Source: Bacillota bacterium (GTDB taxonomy: Bacteria > Bacillota_I > Bacilli_A > RF39 > UBA660). Taken from it: a DNA stretch of 64,000 nt. A program made the position numbers and the translations under genes. The first letter of the stretch is position 1, and each line of letters opens with the position of its first letter. This document shows, piece by piece, positions 48,892-59,227 of this stretch. Where the stretch lies: positions 3,543 to 67,542 of the forward strand of contig SVAM01000009.1 in assembly GCA_015059425.1 (NCBI GenBank), given 5' to 3'. Below the pieces are notes generated by a model, which saw only the letters and a list, made by a program, of their open reading frames with translations, searched no databases and had not been told where the DNA came from.

Positions 48892-49068
48892 AAAGCAGTA
48901 GATTTATCTAATTTATTTAGATAGAAAGACGAGTCGTCTGTTCGAAAAGAATTTATTATACATATTTGCTTATATTGTACGAAGTAGAGCGCCTAAAGGC
49001 TATAGTATATTTCCAATATACTTATCTACATCTTAACAATACAAGATAATTTTAAAGTACTGCTTTTT
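48892..49068 (+). ncRNA. retron msr/msd-like non-coding RNA
   Basis: Perfect 9-nt inverted repeats a1 AAAGCAGTA (48892-48900) and a2 TACTGCTTT (49058-49066) flank about 160 nt with multiple hairpins. The RT gene follows immediately. Confidence 0.55.
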
Positions 49069-49083
49069 TTAAAGGTGATTAAA

Positions 49084-50025
49084 ATGTGGAAATATTTAAC
49101 TAAGGAGCATAAAAAAGAATTTATATTATCCCTAAATTTAATAGGTGGTAAATTTTCTGATACAGAAAAATTAAATATTTTATATGCTATAAGTAACAAT
49201 AGTGAAAAATACTACACAACTAAATATATAAATAAGAAAGATGGAACTAAGAGAGAATTATTAGTACCAAATAAAACATTAAAAAATATTCAAAAAAATA
49301 TCTTAAATAATGCTTTAAATGATTTAGAAGTATCTAAATATGCATGTGCTTATATTAAAAACAAATCTTTAAAAGATAATGCGAGTCCACATATAAATCA
49401 AAAAGTGGTATTAAAATTAGATATAAAAGATTTTTTTACAAGTATTACATTTGAAGAAATATACAAAGTAATACCTAATGAGTTATTCCCGACATCTATA
49501 AAAGTATTAATGTTAAAGCTATGTACATATTACGATTATTTACCTCAAGGAGCACCAACCAGTCCTTATTTATCAAATTTAGTATTAAAAAACTTTGATA
49601 ATTATATAGGAACATATTGTAAAGAAAGAAATATTAATTACACAAGATATTGTGATGATTTAACCTTTTCGGGAGATTTTGACGTGAAGAAATTAAAAAA
49701 CAAAGTTCAAGCTTTCTTAGAAGAAATAGGTTATAATTTAAATGATAAGAAGACAAAAGTTATAAAAAATAATAAAAGACAAATAGTAACAGGTTTAGTA
49801 GTTAATGAGAAAGTTAATATACCAATATCTTATCGCAAAAAAATAAGGCAAGAAATGTACTATATTAATAAGTATGGAATTGACAGTCACTTAAAATATA
49901 TAAATAATACTAATAAAGAAAAATATATCAACAGTCTAAAAGGCAAAATTAATTATTGTTTAAATATTAATCCAAATAATACAGAATTTCAAAGTTATTT
50001 AAAAAAATTAAATAATTTGTTATAA
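49084..50025 (+). CDS. retron-type reverse transcriptase
   Basis: 313 aa. RT motifs LPQGAPTSPYLSNL (motif 4), YTRYCDDLTFSG (motif 5, YxDD), IVTGLVVN (motif 7). The size and the upstream a1/a2 ncRNA fit a retron RT. Confidence 0.75.
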   Translation: MWKYLTKEHKKEFILSLNLIGGKFSDTEKLNILYAISNNSEKYYTTKYINKKDGTKRELLVPNKTLKNIQKNILNNALNDLEVSKYACAYIKNKSLKDNASPHINQKVVLKLDIKDFFTSITFEEIYKVIPNELFPTSIKVLMLKLCTYYDYLPQGAPTSPYLSNLVLKNFDNYIGTYCKERNINYTRYCDDLTFSGDFDVKKLKNKVQAFLEEIGYNLNDKKTKVIKNNKRQIVTGLVVNEKVNIPISYRKKIRQEMYYINKYGIDSHLKYINNTNKEKYINSLKGKINYCLNINPNNTEFQSYLKKLNNLL

Positions 50026-50056
50026 TATTTTTACATATCACTGGAGGTATTATAAA

Positions 50057-51157
50057 ATGAGTTTAAAAGCAGGAATAGTAGGACTACCAAATGTTGGAAA
50101 ATCAACTTTATTTAATGCAATAACAAAGAAAAATATTTTAGCGGCAAATTATCCATTTGCAACAATAGATCCAAATGTTGGAATGGTAACAGTGCCAGAT
50201 GAAAGATTAACATACTTAGAAGAGTTATATATGCCTAAAAGTACAGTACCAACAACATTTGAATTTACTGATATTGCAGGTCTAGTAAAAGGAGCAAGTA
50301 AAGGAGAAGGTTTGGGTAACAAATTCTTAAGTCATATAAGAGAAACAGATGCTATAGTGGAAGTAGTAAGATGTTTTGATGATGAAAATATTACTCATGT
50401 AGAAGGTAAGACTGATCCAATAAGAGATATAGAAATCATTAATTTAGAATTAATTTTTGCAGATTTAGAAATAATTGAAAATAGACTTAATAAGATAATT
50501 AAAAAGGCAGAAACAACAAAAGATAAGGATGCAGTATTGGAAGTTAGTACTTTAACTAAATGCAAAGAAAGTTTAGAAAATAATATTCCACTTAGAAGAG
50601 TAGAATTTAGTGAAGAAGAATTACTTGTTATGAAACCCTTTAACTTTATAACTTTAAAACCCTTAATATATGCTGCAAATGTTACTGAAGAAGATTGTAT
50701 TATAGGTGATAATGATTATACTTTAAAAGTTAAAGAGTATGCAGATAAGGAAAATAGTAGTGTAATAGTAATGTGTGCTAAAATGGAATCAGAATTATCA
50801 GAATTAAGTGATGAAGATAAAAAAGTATTTCTTGAAGAACTAGGTATAGCTAACAGTGGTTTAGATAGACTTATATTTGCAACATATAATCTTTTAGGCT
50901 TAGAAACATTCTTTACTAGTGGGCCAGATGAATGTCGTGCCTGGACTTTTAGGAGTGGTATGAATGCTAAATCATGTGCTGGTATAATTCATAGTGATAT
51001 TGAACGTGGTTTTATTAAAGCAGAAGTTACAAGTTTTGATGATTTAAAAGAATATGGAACAGAATTAAAAGTAAAAGAAGCTGGTAAATTAAGATTAGAA
51101 GGTAAAGATTATTTAATGCAAGATGGCGATATAGTATATTTTAGATTTAATGTATAA
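50057..51157 (+). CDS. ychF: redox-regulated ATPase YchF
   Basis: GIVGLPNVGKSTLFNAIT; TGS domain at the C-terminus. Confidence 0.93.
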   Translation: MSLKAGIVGLPNVGKSTLFNAITKKNILAANYPFATIDPNVGMVTVPDERLTYLEELYMPKSTVPTTFEFTDIAGLVKGASKGEGLGNKFLSHIRETDAIVEVVRCFDDENITHVEGKTDPIRDIEIINLELIFADLEIIENRLNKIIKKAETTKDKDAVLEVSTLTKCKESLENNIPLRRVEFSEEELLVMKPFNFITLKPLIYAANVTEEDCIIGDNDYTLKVKEYADKENSSVIVMCAKMESELSELSDEDKKVFLEELGIANSGLDRLIFATYNLLGLETFFTSGPDECRAWTFRSGMNAKSCAGIIHSDIERGFIKAEVTSFDDLKEYGTELKVKEAGKLRLEGKDYLMQDGDIVYFRFNV

Positions 51158-51182
51158 GTATGTTTATAACATACTTTTTTAG
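51158..51182 (+). terminator. intrinsic terminator after ychF
   Basis: gtatgtt-tat-aacatac followed by tttttt. Confidence 0.6.
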
Positions 51183-51246
51183 TGTAACTTTGCAAGTTTA
51201 CCGCATACTAAAAATATGATATACTATAATAGTAAAGGAGGAAAAA

Positions 51247-51888
51247 ATGAATAAATTAATGTCAAAAACATTTTTATGGATGTTTCTAGGTTTAATAGTA
51301 ACATTTATGACAGGTTATATTGTTGCAATTAACGAAAATATGCTTGAGACTGTATTTGGAGGGCCGTTATTTTATATATTAATAATTTTAGAATTAGTAT
51401 TAGTAATATTTTTTTCTGCAAGAGTACACAAGATGCAACCAACTACTGCTAAGATATGTTTCTTATTATATTCATTTGTTAGTGGTTTAACTTTTTCAAG
51501 TATATTTATAGCATTTGAATTAAGTTCTATAATGTTTGTATTTTTAATTGCAGCATTAGTATTTGCAATATTTGGAGCATTAGGTTATTTTACTAAAATT
51601 GATTTAAGTAAACTAGGAACTATATTATTTATGGGACTTATTGCTATTATAATATGCATGATTGTAAACATGTTTTTAAGCAATTCAACATTTGATTTAA
51701 TAATATCAATTATAGCATTATTAGTATTCTTTGGATATGTAGCATTTGATATCCAAAAAATAAAAAGATATTATGAAGCAGGAATTGACAGTGAAAATGT
51801 TGCTATATTAGGAGCATTTGAATTATATTTAGATTTTATAAATATATTTATCCATTTATTACAAATTATTGGAGACGCAAAAGATTAA
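51247..51888 (+). CDS. Bax-inhibitor-1/YccA-family membrane protein
   Basis: 213 aa, 7 TM, C-terminal ...YLDFINIFIHLLQIIG. Confidence 0.7.
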   Translation: MNKLMSKTFLWMFLGLIVTFMTGYIVAINENMLETVFGGPLFYILIILELVLVIFFSARVHKMQPTTAKICFLLYSFVSGLTFSSIFIAFELSSIMFVFLIAALVFAIFGALGYFTKIDLSKLGTILFMGLIAIIICMIVNMFLSNSTFDLIISIIALLVFFGYVAFDIQKIKRYYEAGIDSENVAILGAFELYLDFINIFIHLLQIIGDAKD

Positions 51889-51944
51889 AGCGTCTTTTTT
51901 ATTGCACGTAAAAAAATCAATAAAATATTGATTTGAAAAAAATC

Positions 51945-53030
51945 TTATTTTCTTCTGCATTTTGCTTGAAAGTTGTTTTGTTGTATAAATTCTATATATT
52001 CTTTATTAAAAAAACCACAATCAAATTTTAAGTTTAATATTCTATATACAGAATCATTAATTCTATCAATAGAAATGGTGCCATTATTAACATACTGATA
52101 TATAGTACTAAATGCTTCATAAATACTTTGTGGCATTAATAAAAAATCATTTCCTGCAGCTATTGTCCTTAAATATATTTGATTATTTGTATAATAATTT
52201 GATAAAGCTTTCATTTTTAGAGAATCTGGAATTATTAAGCCATCATAACCCATCTTTTTTCTAAGTAAATCAGTTACCATTATTTTTGATAAGCTTGAAG
52301 GGGTATTATCTAAAATGACTTTAGGTACCGCTATATGAGCTACCATTAACGCTGGAAATTTTTTCCTTACAGCTTCGATAAATGGAATTAATTCTAATCT
52401 TTTAAGTTCATCGAACTCTTTATAAATTATAGGTAAATCAACATGTGAATCCTTTGAAGTATCGCCATGACCCGGAAAATGTTTTCCGACAGGAATTATA
52501 TCCTCACTTAATAGCCCTTCAGCATATGCAAAAGCCATTTTTTTTACTGTTTCGCTATCACTACCAAAAGCTCTATCCGAGATAACATAATTTTGATAAT
52601 TTGAAAAAATATCCAATACTGGCGCCATATTCATATTAATCCCAATTGTTTTTAATTCTTTTCCCATTTTTTTTCCAAGTTCAAAAGCTATATTTTCATC
52701 TTGCGTTTTACCAATTTTAAACATGCAAGAGTATTTTTGAAAACCAGCTCTTTCATCAAACCTTTGAACTCTTCCGCCTTCTTGATCAACGCAAATTATA
52801 GCAGGAATTTTACCTATTTCTTTTATATCTAATAATAATTTTTTTGTTTGCTCAAAATTAGCAATGTTACTTTTAAAAATAATAAAACCACCTGGATTAA
52901 ACTTTGCTAATAAGTTCTCCAAATCTACATTCATTTCTATTGTATTACGATAATCGATTATAATCATTTGGCCTATTTTTTCAGATAGTGACATATTGCC
53001 TAGCTTATATTTTAAAAATTCTTCTTTCAT
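51945..53030 (-). CDS. GH3 beta-N-acetylhexosaminidase (NagZ-like)
   Basis: KIGQMIIIDY, DQEGGRVQRF and GHGDTSKDSH motifs. Confidence 0.75.
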   Translation of the reverse strand: MKEEFLKYKLGNMSLSEKIGQMIIIDYRNTIEMNVDLENLLAKFNPGGFIIFKSNIANFEQTKKLLLDIKEIGKIPAIICVDQEGGRVQRFDERAGFQKYSCMFKIGKTQDENIAFELGKKMGKELKTIGINMNMAPVLDIFSNYQNYVISDRAFGSDSETVKKMAFAYAEGLLSEDIIPVGKHFPGHGDTSKDSHVDLPIIYKEFDELKRLELIPFIEAVRKKFPALMVAHIAVPKVILDNTPSSLSKIMVTDLLRKKMGYDGLIIPDSLKMKALSNYYTNNQIYLRTIAAGNDFLLMPQSIYEAFSTIYQYVNNGTISIDRINDSVYRILNLKFDCGFFNKEYIEFIQQNNFQAKCRRK

Positions 53031-53167
53031 AACATATTTAGTCCTTTTACGTACAAGTTTAACACATAAATATATAAAATACAAATATTTGTATTTTAAT
53101 TAAAAAAATATTAAATAAAACACTATTCATTAACATTACATAGTATATAGAGAATGGAGTGTTTAAA

Positions 53168-54112
53168 ATGAATTATGATTTTTATTATTCAAATATTAAT
53201 GGAAAAGACGATTATGGTTTAAAATATATTGATGAAACAGGGTATGGATATAAATGTAAAAAATATAAAGTAAAATATCCACCACAAGAACAAAATGAGC
53301 AACCAGGATTAGAATATAAAATGGAACCAAGACCAATATTTTATAACCCAGAATATAAAGCTAGTGGAAAATTAAAAGATAAAGTAGCAATAATTACAGG
53401 AGGAGATTCTGGTATAGGTAGAGCAGTAGCCTTACATTTTGTAATGGAAGGAGCAAAAGTAGTATTACCATATTATAATGAACATGAAGATGCTAGAGAA
53501 ACACAATATTATATAGAAAAGCTTGGTGGTGAATGTTTATTATTATGTGGCGATATTCGAGATAAAGAATTTAGTGAAACAATAGTCAAAGAGACAATAA
53601 AAAAATATGGAAAAATAGATATATTAATAAACAATGCTGGCGTACAATTTCAACAAAAGAGCTTATTAGATATAAGTGATGAACAATTTGATAAAACTAT
53701 GAAAGTAAATGTATATGGAATGTTTTATTTAACTAGATGTGCTTTAAAACACATGAAAGAAGGAGCATCAATCATAAATGTTACTTCAATAACAACTTTT
53801 TATGGTGAACCAGAATTAATAGATTATGTTACAACCAAAGGTGCAATTGTAGGATTTACTAGAAGTTTAGCAACTAATTTAGCAGATAAAAAAATTAGAG
53901 TTAACGCAGTAGCGCCAGGATTTTTCTGGACAGCATTACAACCAGCTTGTTGGGAAGCAGCTAAGATACCAACATTAGGTGCAGATGCCCCAATGAAAAG
54001 AGGAGGAGAAACATATGAGATAGCGCCATTATTTGTTTATTTAGCAAGTGACGATAGTTCATATGTTACAGGACAAGTAATGCATATTAATGGTGGAGAG
54101 TATAAAGGCTAA
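53168..54112 (+). CDS. SDR-family oxidoreductase (YhdF-like)
   Basis: TGGDSGIGRA; YVTTK catalytic motif. Confidence 0.8.
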   Translation: MNYDFYYSNINGKDDYGLKYIDETGYGYKCKKYKVKYPPQEQNEQPGLEYKMEPRPIFYNPEYKASGKLKDKVAIITGGDSGIGRAVALHFVMEGAKVVLPYYNEHEDARETQYYIEKLGGECLLLCGDIRDKEFSETIVKETIKKYGKIDILINNAGVQFQQKSLLDISDEQFDKTMKVNVYGMFYLTRCALKHMKEGASIINVTSITTFYGEPELIDYVTTKGAIVGFTRSLATNLADKKIRVNAVAPGFFWTALQPACWEAAKIPTLGADAPMKRGGETYEIAPLFVYLASDDSSYVTGQVMHINGGEYKG

Positions 54113-54180
54113 TTTTTTCTTGACAAAACCTCTAAAAAAGCTTAAGATAAATAACTACAAATCAGGGGAGGTTTTAAATA

Positions 54181-54557
54181 TGAAAAAATTAATAGTTTTA
54201 GTAGCAGTTTTAGTAGCTTTAGTAACGCCAACAAAAGTTTTAGCAACTACAGAAAATAAAGTTTGCGCTATAGTAGACGATATTTATTATGGAAAGAATG
54301 GTAATGTAGTAGATGAAGCTACATACTTTGAAGAATGTTGTGATTATGTATGTACAGTAGTTGATAATAAATATTATTTTAATTCTAAAGGAGAATCTGT
54401 TACATACGAAGCAATGTTAGAAGATTGTAAAACAACAGAAGTAGTTAATCCACAAACAGGTATTAATTTTGGATATATTTTATTACCTATAGGAATATTA
54501 TCTATTATAGGAATAATTAATTTTTCTAAGAAAAATACAAAAATTTATAAAATATAG
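54181..54557 (+). CDS. small secreted protein with NPQTG sortase-type sorting signal
   Basis: Signal peptide MKKLIVLVAVLVALVTPTKVLA. C-terminal VNPQTG plus a hydrophobic stretch and a KKNTK tail. Confidence 0.5.
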
Positions 54558-54604
54558 TTGAATTTTTTGGATAATATGATATAATTTATATTATCCAAAC
54601 AAAT

Positions 54605-54678
54605 GCGGATGTAGTTTAATGGTAGAGCTTCAGCCTTCCAAGCTGATAACGTGGGTTCGATTCCCATCATCCGCTCCA
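54605..54678 (+). tRNA. tRNA-Gly (anticodon UCC)
   Basis: Cloverleaf GCGGATG...anticodon loop CTTCCAA...GTTCGATTC...CATCCGCTCCA. Confidence 0.93.
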
Positions 54679-54689
54679 TTTAAAAATAA

Positions 54690-54720
54690 AAGTACACATT
54701 TAGTGTACTTTTTATTTTTT
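54690..54720. terminator. bidirectional terminator after the tRNA
   Basis: aagtacac-attta-gtgtactt followed by ttttatttttt. Confidence 0.6.
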
Positions 54721-54749
54721 GTCGAACATTACATTTAGCTTGGAAGGAA

Positions 54750-55637
54750 TTATTTCTTATTTAATAAATTATTTGCAACTTTTACATTATCATTTATATA
54801 ACTAGTAAAATCACCTTTATATCTTTCTTGACAATCAAATATTACACATTCCATTAAAAAGTGTAAAAATGGTATTTGTGCACCGGTTTTTAAATATACA
54901 AAATCACGAATTGGAAAATATGGAAGTACTATTTCTTTAATATACTTTTCTGCGGTAATGGTATTACCGTCTGGCAAAATTAATTTTTTATTTAAAATTG
55001 CAGGGGGAATTTGTGAAAACAATTCTACTATTTTCTTTTTTTGTTGAAAAGTATTTATTTCATCATCAGACAATGGAAATTCACAACCAACTATTTTTAA
55101 AATTTCCTTGTATTGTTCAATATCAACGGCATCAGTAACAACATTAAAGTAATTTTCTTTTACTTTAATAAAAAGACTTTCTTGTTCCTGCATTGATAAA
55201 TTTTCATAATATTTTGGATTTGGGGTATAAGAATCGTTTTGTGAATTATAGTAACCAGCGATAAATTCAGGCATAACATATGGTGAATTTGTTAATTCTA
55301 TATATTTATTTCTGAGATTTTCAGCAGGTATATAATAAAAGGCTGCATCACCGTTTCCTTCTATTCCCAAACCTACTACATCTAATGTTCTATACTTTAT
55401 AGGTAATGAGACTATCACAATAATTTTTGAATCTAAATGCGGCCAGTTTCTAAGCAGTTCTTGTTCGGAATCTGCTATTTGTGAACCTATCCCTAAAGAA
55501 ATACTAGTAAAATATAAAGAACCGTGACTACAGCGTAAACCGTTATTCAAAATAGATTGTATTACTTCACTTTTGCTACCTGTACCATGTCCAAAATACA
55601 TATTTTGATTGTTATTTAAAAATGCATTAATATCCAT
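54750..55637 (-). CDS. hypothetical protein
   Basis: 295 aa ORF with no recognisable motifs. Confidence 0.45.
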   Translation of the reverse strand: MDINAFLNNNQNMYFGHGTGSKSEVIQSILNNGLRCSHGSLYFTSISLGIGSQIADSEQELLRNWPHLDSKIIVIVSLPIKYRTLDVVGLGIEGNGDAAFYYIPAENLRNKYIELTNSPYVMPEFIAGYYNSQNDSYTPNPKYYENLSMQEQESLFIKVKENYFNVVTDAVDIEQYKEILKIVGCEFPLSDDEINTFQQKKKIVELFSQIPPAILNKKLILPDGNTITAEKYIKEIVLPYFPIRDFVYLKTGAQIPFLHFLMECVIFDCQERYKGDFTSYINDNVKVANNLLNKK

Positions 55638-55787
55638 ATTTTTTATCTCCTTATAATAATTATAAAATATGAATATTTAAAAAACAAGTTTTAAGCCTAA
55701 AAAAATACCTATACAATTTTAATATATATATAATAAAAAGAGGTTTATGTCAAATAAACCTCTTTACTATTAAGTTGAAAAAGAAAT

Positions 55788-58400
55788 TTAATCTTTAAAA
55801 TAATTATTAACTAAAGGTTTAATAAATTCATCAACCAAAAATACTATAATAACTATGGTAAAACAATATAAAAATTGAATGAAACTTAAATCAGTAATAT
55901 TAAATATATTTTTTATTGGGGTTAAGAAAACTATAAGTTGAACAATTATTAATAGTAACATGCTTTTATTCATATAACTATTATCAAAAAACTTTTTATT
56001 AAGTACATTTATTTTTAAATTTCTACAAGTTAGTGCATAAATCATTTCCAACATTACTAAAGTTAAAAATGCCATAGTAGTAGCTGTATTAAAATCATAT
56101 ATTTTTAAATTAACAAAATATATTAATAAGATAGCAAAAGTTTTTAAAATTGCTCCACCACAAATTTTGGCTATTAAGAATGGAGTAAAGAATGAACTAT
56201 CATTTCTTCGTACACCACGATTCATAATATTATCTTCTTCTTTTTCAAAAGCTAAGGCAATTGCAGGTAAAGAATCTGTTATTAAGTTTAAATATAAAAG
56301 TTGTATAGGAATAAATATTTCAATACCAAATAACATACTAATAAATACAACTAATATTTCTGCTATATTACCAGCTAATAAATAAACTAGAACATTTCTA
56401 ATATTATCAAAAATTCTTCTACCTTCTTTAACAGCAGTAACAATTGTAGAAAAACTATCATCTGCTAAAACAATATCAGCAACACTTTTAGAAACTTCAG
56501 TTCCAGTAATACCCATACCAACACCAATATTAGCAGCTTTTAAGGCAGGGGCATCATTTACACCATCACCAGTCATAGCAACTATTTTATTATTTTCTTT
56601 CCAAGCTTTAACAATATTAAGTTTATTTAATGGACTAACACGTGCATATACAGAATATTTATGAACAGATTTTTTTAATTCTTTTTCGCTCATTTTATCT
56701 ATTTCGGCGCCAGTTATTGCTTCTTTATCATTTTCAAGAATACCGATTTCTCTAGCAATAGAAGTAGCTGTAGATAAACTATCACCCGTAATCATAATTG
56801 GTTTAATATTAGCGCTTTTACAAGCAAATATTGCTTCCTTTACATCTTCTCTAGGAGGATCGATCATCGCGGTCATACCTACAAATATTAAATCGTTTTC
56901 TAAATTTTCATCTAATATATAATTATTATCTAATTCTTTACAAGCGTACGCTAGAATACGATAAGCTTTATTTGATTCAGTATTTTCTACATTAATTAAA
57001 TCATTTTTAGTTTTATTTGTAAGTTTAACTACTTTATTATTTTTATAAATATGAGAACAATGCTCTATTATAGAATCAAAACTACCTTTAGTGTACATAA
57101 ATATTTTATCTTCATATTTATTTATTGTAGACATCATTTTTCGTTCGGAATCAAATGGCAGTTCATCAATTCTTTTATGATTTTTTCGGAAACCTTCTAC
57201 ATCCATATATTTTTCACAACATTCATAAATAGCTATTTCGGTTGGATCACCTATATAAGTATTATTACTTTTTTCAACATCATTATCTAAAGCCATAATA
57301 TCAAACAAAAGATTTGTTTCTTTTAAATCATCGATATTATATTTATTTCCATTATAATATATTTCTCTAATTTTCATTTTATTTTGCGTAATAGTACCAG
57401 TTTTATCAGAACATATTACTTCAGTACATCCTAAGGTTTCAACACTAGCCATTTTCCTTACTATAGCATTTTTCTTAGCTAGATTAGCCATACCTAAAGA
57501 AAGCGTAATGGTAATTATAGCAGGTAAGCCTTCAGGTATTGCAGCAACAGCTAAAGAAATAGTAAGCATAAATAATCTTAAAAAATCAATATCTTTAATT
57601 ACACCTATAAAGAACATGATAACGATAATTATTAATATAACAACTGAAAGATATTTACTTATTCCATCAATCTTTTTTTGAAGAGGAGTAACTTCATCTT
57701 CATTATTATTAAGTGAACCAGCAATAAGTCCAAATTCAGTATCCATTCCTATTTCACATACTACAGCTTGGCATTTACCATAAACTATATTAGTACCTGA
57801 ATAAATCATATTTGTTCGGTTAGATAAAGAAGTATTATCAGAAACAACATCTGTATTTTTAGTAACAGGAACAGACTCGCCAGTTAAAGATGCCTCATCT
57901 ACTTTTAAAGAAGCCTGCCAAATTATTCTAGCATCAGCAGGAACAGTATCACCAGCTTCTAAAACTAATATATCACCTTTAACAACATCTTCGCTATTTA
58001 TTACAGATATTTTATTATCTCTTTTAACTTTTACCTTTGTTACTTGCATCTTCTTTAATGCTTCAATAGCTTTATCAGCTTTTAACTCTTGAATAAATCC
58101 AAGTATTGCATTTAAAACTACAATTGCAAGAATAACTATAGTATCAATAAAAGATTCATTGTTAACTATTGATAAAATAAAAGAAATTAATGCTGATAAT
58201 AATAATATAATAATCATTAAATCTTTAAATTGTTCTAAAAATTTAAGTATTTGTGATTTTTTCTTTGTTTCGGCTAGTTTATTTTTTCCGTACTTGTTTA
58301 ACCTTAATTGAGATTCTTTTGATTCAAGACCGTTTTCATTAGATCCTAAAGCTTCAAAAACTTTATCAATATTTAAATTATAATATTTCATTTTAACCAT
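55788..58400 (-). CDS. P-type Ca2+-transporting ATPase
   Basis: DKTGTITQN phosphorylation motif, TGDGVNDAPALK hinge, 10 TM helices. Confidence 0.9.
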   Translation of the reverse strand: MVKMKYYNLNIDKVFEALGSNENGLESKESQLRLNKYGKNKLAETKKKSQILKFLEQFKDLMIIILLLSALISFILSIVNNESFIDTIVILAIVVLNAILGFIQELKADKAIEALKKMQVTKVKVKRDNKISVINSEDVVKGDILVLEAGDTVPADARIIWQASLKVDEASLTGESVPVTKNTDVVSDNTSLSNRTNMIYSGTNIVYGKCQAVVCEIGMDTEFGLIAGSLNNNEDEVTPLQKKIDGISKYLSVVILIIIVIMFFIGVIKDIDFLRLFMLTISLAVAAIPEGLPAIITITLSLGMANLAKKNAIVRKMASVETLGCTEVICSDKTGTITQNKMKIREIYYNGNKYNIDDLKETNLLFDIMALDNDVEKSNNTYIGDPTEIAIYECCEKYMDVEGFRKNHKRIDELPFDSERKMMSTINKYEDKIFMYTKGSFDSIIEHCSHIYKNNKVVKLTNKTKNDLINVENTESNKAYRILAYACKELDNNYILDENLENDLIFVGMTAMIDPPREDVKEAIFACKSANIKPIMITGDSLSTATSIAREIGILENDKEAITGAEIDKMSEKELKKSVHKYSVYARVSPLNKLNIVKAWKENNKIVAMTGDGVNDAPALKAANIGVGMGITGTEVSKSVADIVLADDSFSTIVTAVKEGRRIFDNIRNVLVYLLAGNIAEILVVFISMLFGIEIFIPIQLLYLNLITDSLPAIALAFEKEEDNIMNRGVRRNDSSFFTPFLIAKICGGAILKTFAILLIYFVNLKIYDFNTATTMAFLTLVMLEMIYALTCRNLKINVLNKKFFDNSYMNKSMLLLIIVQLIVFLTPIKNIFNITDLSFIQFLYCFTIVIIVFLVDEFIKPLVNNYFKD

Positions 58401-58491
58401 CCTTTATTATATAAGTAATTATATCATAAATAATACAAATTTAATAACAAAACTAAAATAATATGTTATACTAAAAAAGAGGTAGTAAGTT

Positions 58492-58722
58492 ATGCGAAAA
58501 ATAAAAGTAGGAAAAAAATATAAACATTTTAAAGGCAACATTTATGAAGTATTAATTATAGCCAAAGATTCTGAAACATTAGAGGATGTAGTAATATATA
58601 AAGAAATTGGAAAGAATAATTATTGGGCTAGGCTATATAATATGTTTAATAGTGAAGTAGACCATGAAAAGTATCCTGATATTAAACAAAAATATCGTTT
58701 TGAAGAAATTGAAACAAATTAA
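58492..58722 (+). CDS. DUF1653-family protein
   Basis: YKHFKGNIYEV...WARLYNMF. Confidence 0.65.
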   Translation: MRKIKVGKKYKHFKGNIYEVLIIAKDSETLEDVVIYKEIGKNNYWARLYNMFNSEVDHEKYPDIKQKYRFEEIETN

Positions 58723-58775
58723 TAAAACTTGTAAAGTTAATTATTATATATTAAAATAAAGGTGTGGTGATAATT

Positions 58776-59216
58776 ATGGGACAAGTATATGATCATGTTA
58801 TGTTATATAAGAAAAAATTTCCGGGAGGAATCACTTGGTGGCGTCTAAGAAAACATAGTGCGGTAATTGAAGAACATTTAAATCCTGGCGAAGAAGTAAA
58901 ATATGCCTTTGCGGGCCAAAAAAATGATAAATTTTATGATGTTTCTGCTACTGCGGTTGTAGCAATAACAAACAAAAGGATTTTAATAGGTCAAAAAAGA
59001 GTGGTATGGGGATATTTTTTAAATAGTATAACACCAGATTTATATAATGATATGACAATATATCAAGGGTTAATTTGGGGACAAGTTACACTTGATACTG
59101 TTAAAGAGGAAGTTACGTTTAGTAACTTAGCTAAAGATTCATTAAGGGAAATAGAAACTGTGATTAGTGAATTTATGATGGAAGAGAAGAAAAAATACGG
59201 AAAAAGAGACGAATAA
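58776..59216 (+). CDS. bacterial PH-domain-like protein
   Basis: Small cytoplasmic ORF; fold inferred weakly. Confidence 0.3.
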   Translation: MGQVYDHVMLYKKKFPGGITWWRLRKHSAVIEEHLNPGEEVKYAFAGQKNDKFYDVSATAVVAITNKRILIGQKRVVWGYFLNSITPDLYNDMTIYQGLIWGQVTLDTVKEEVTFSNLAKDSLREIETVISEFMMEEKKKYGKRDE

Positions 59217-59227
59217 CTGGAGTAAAG

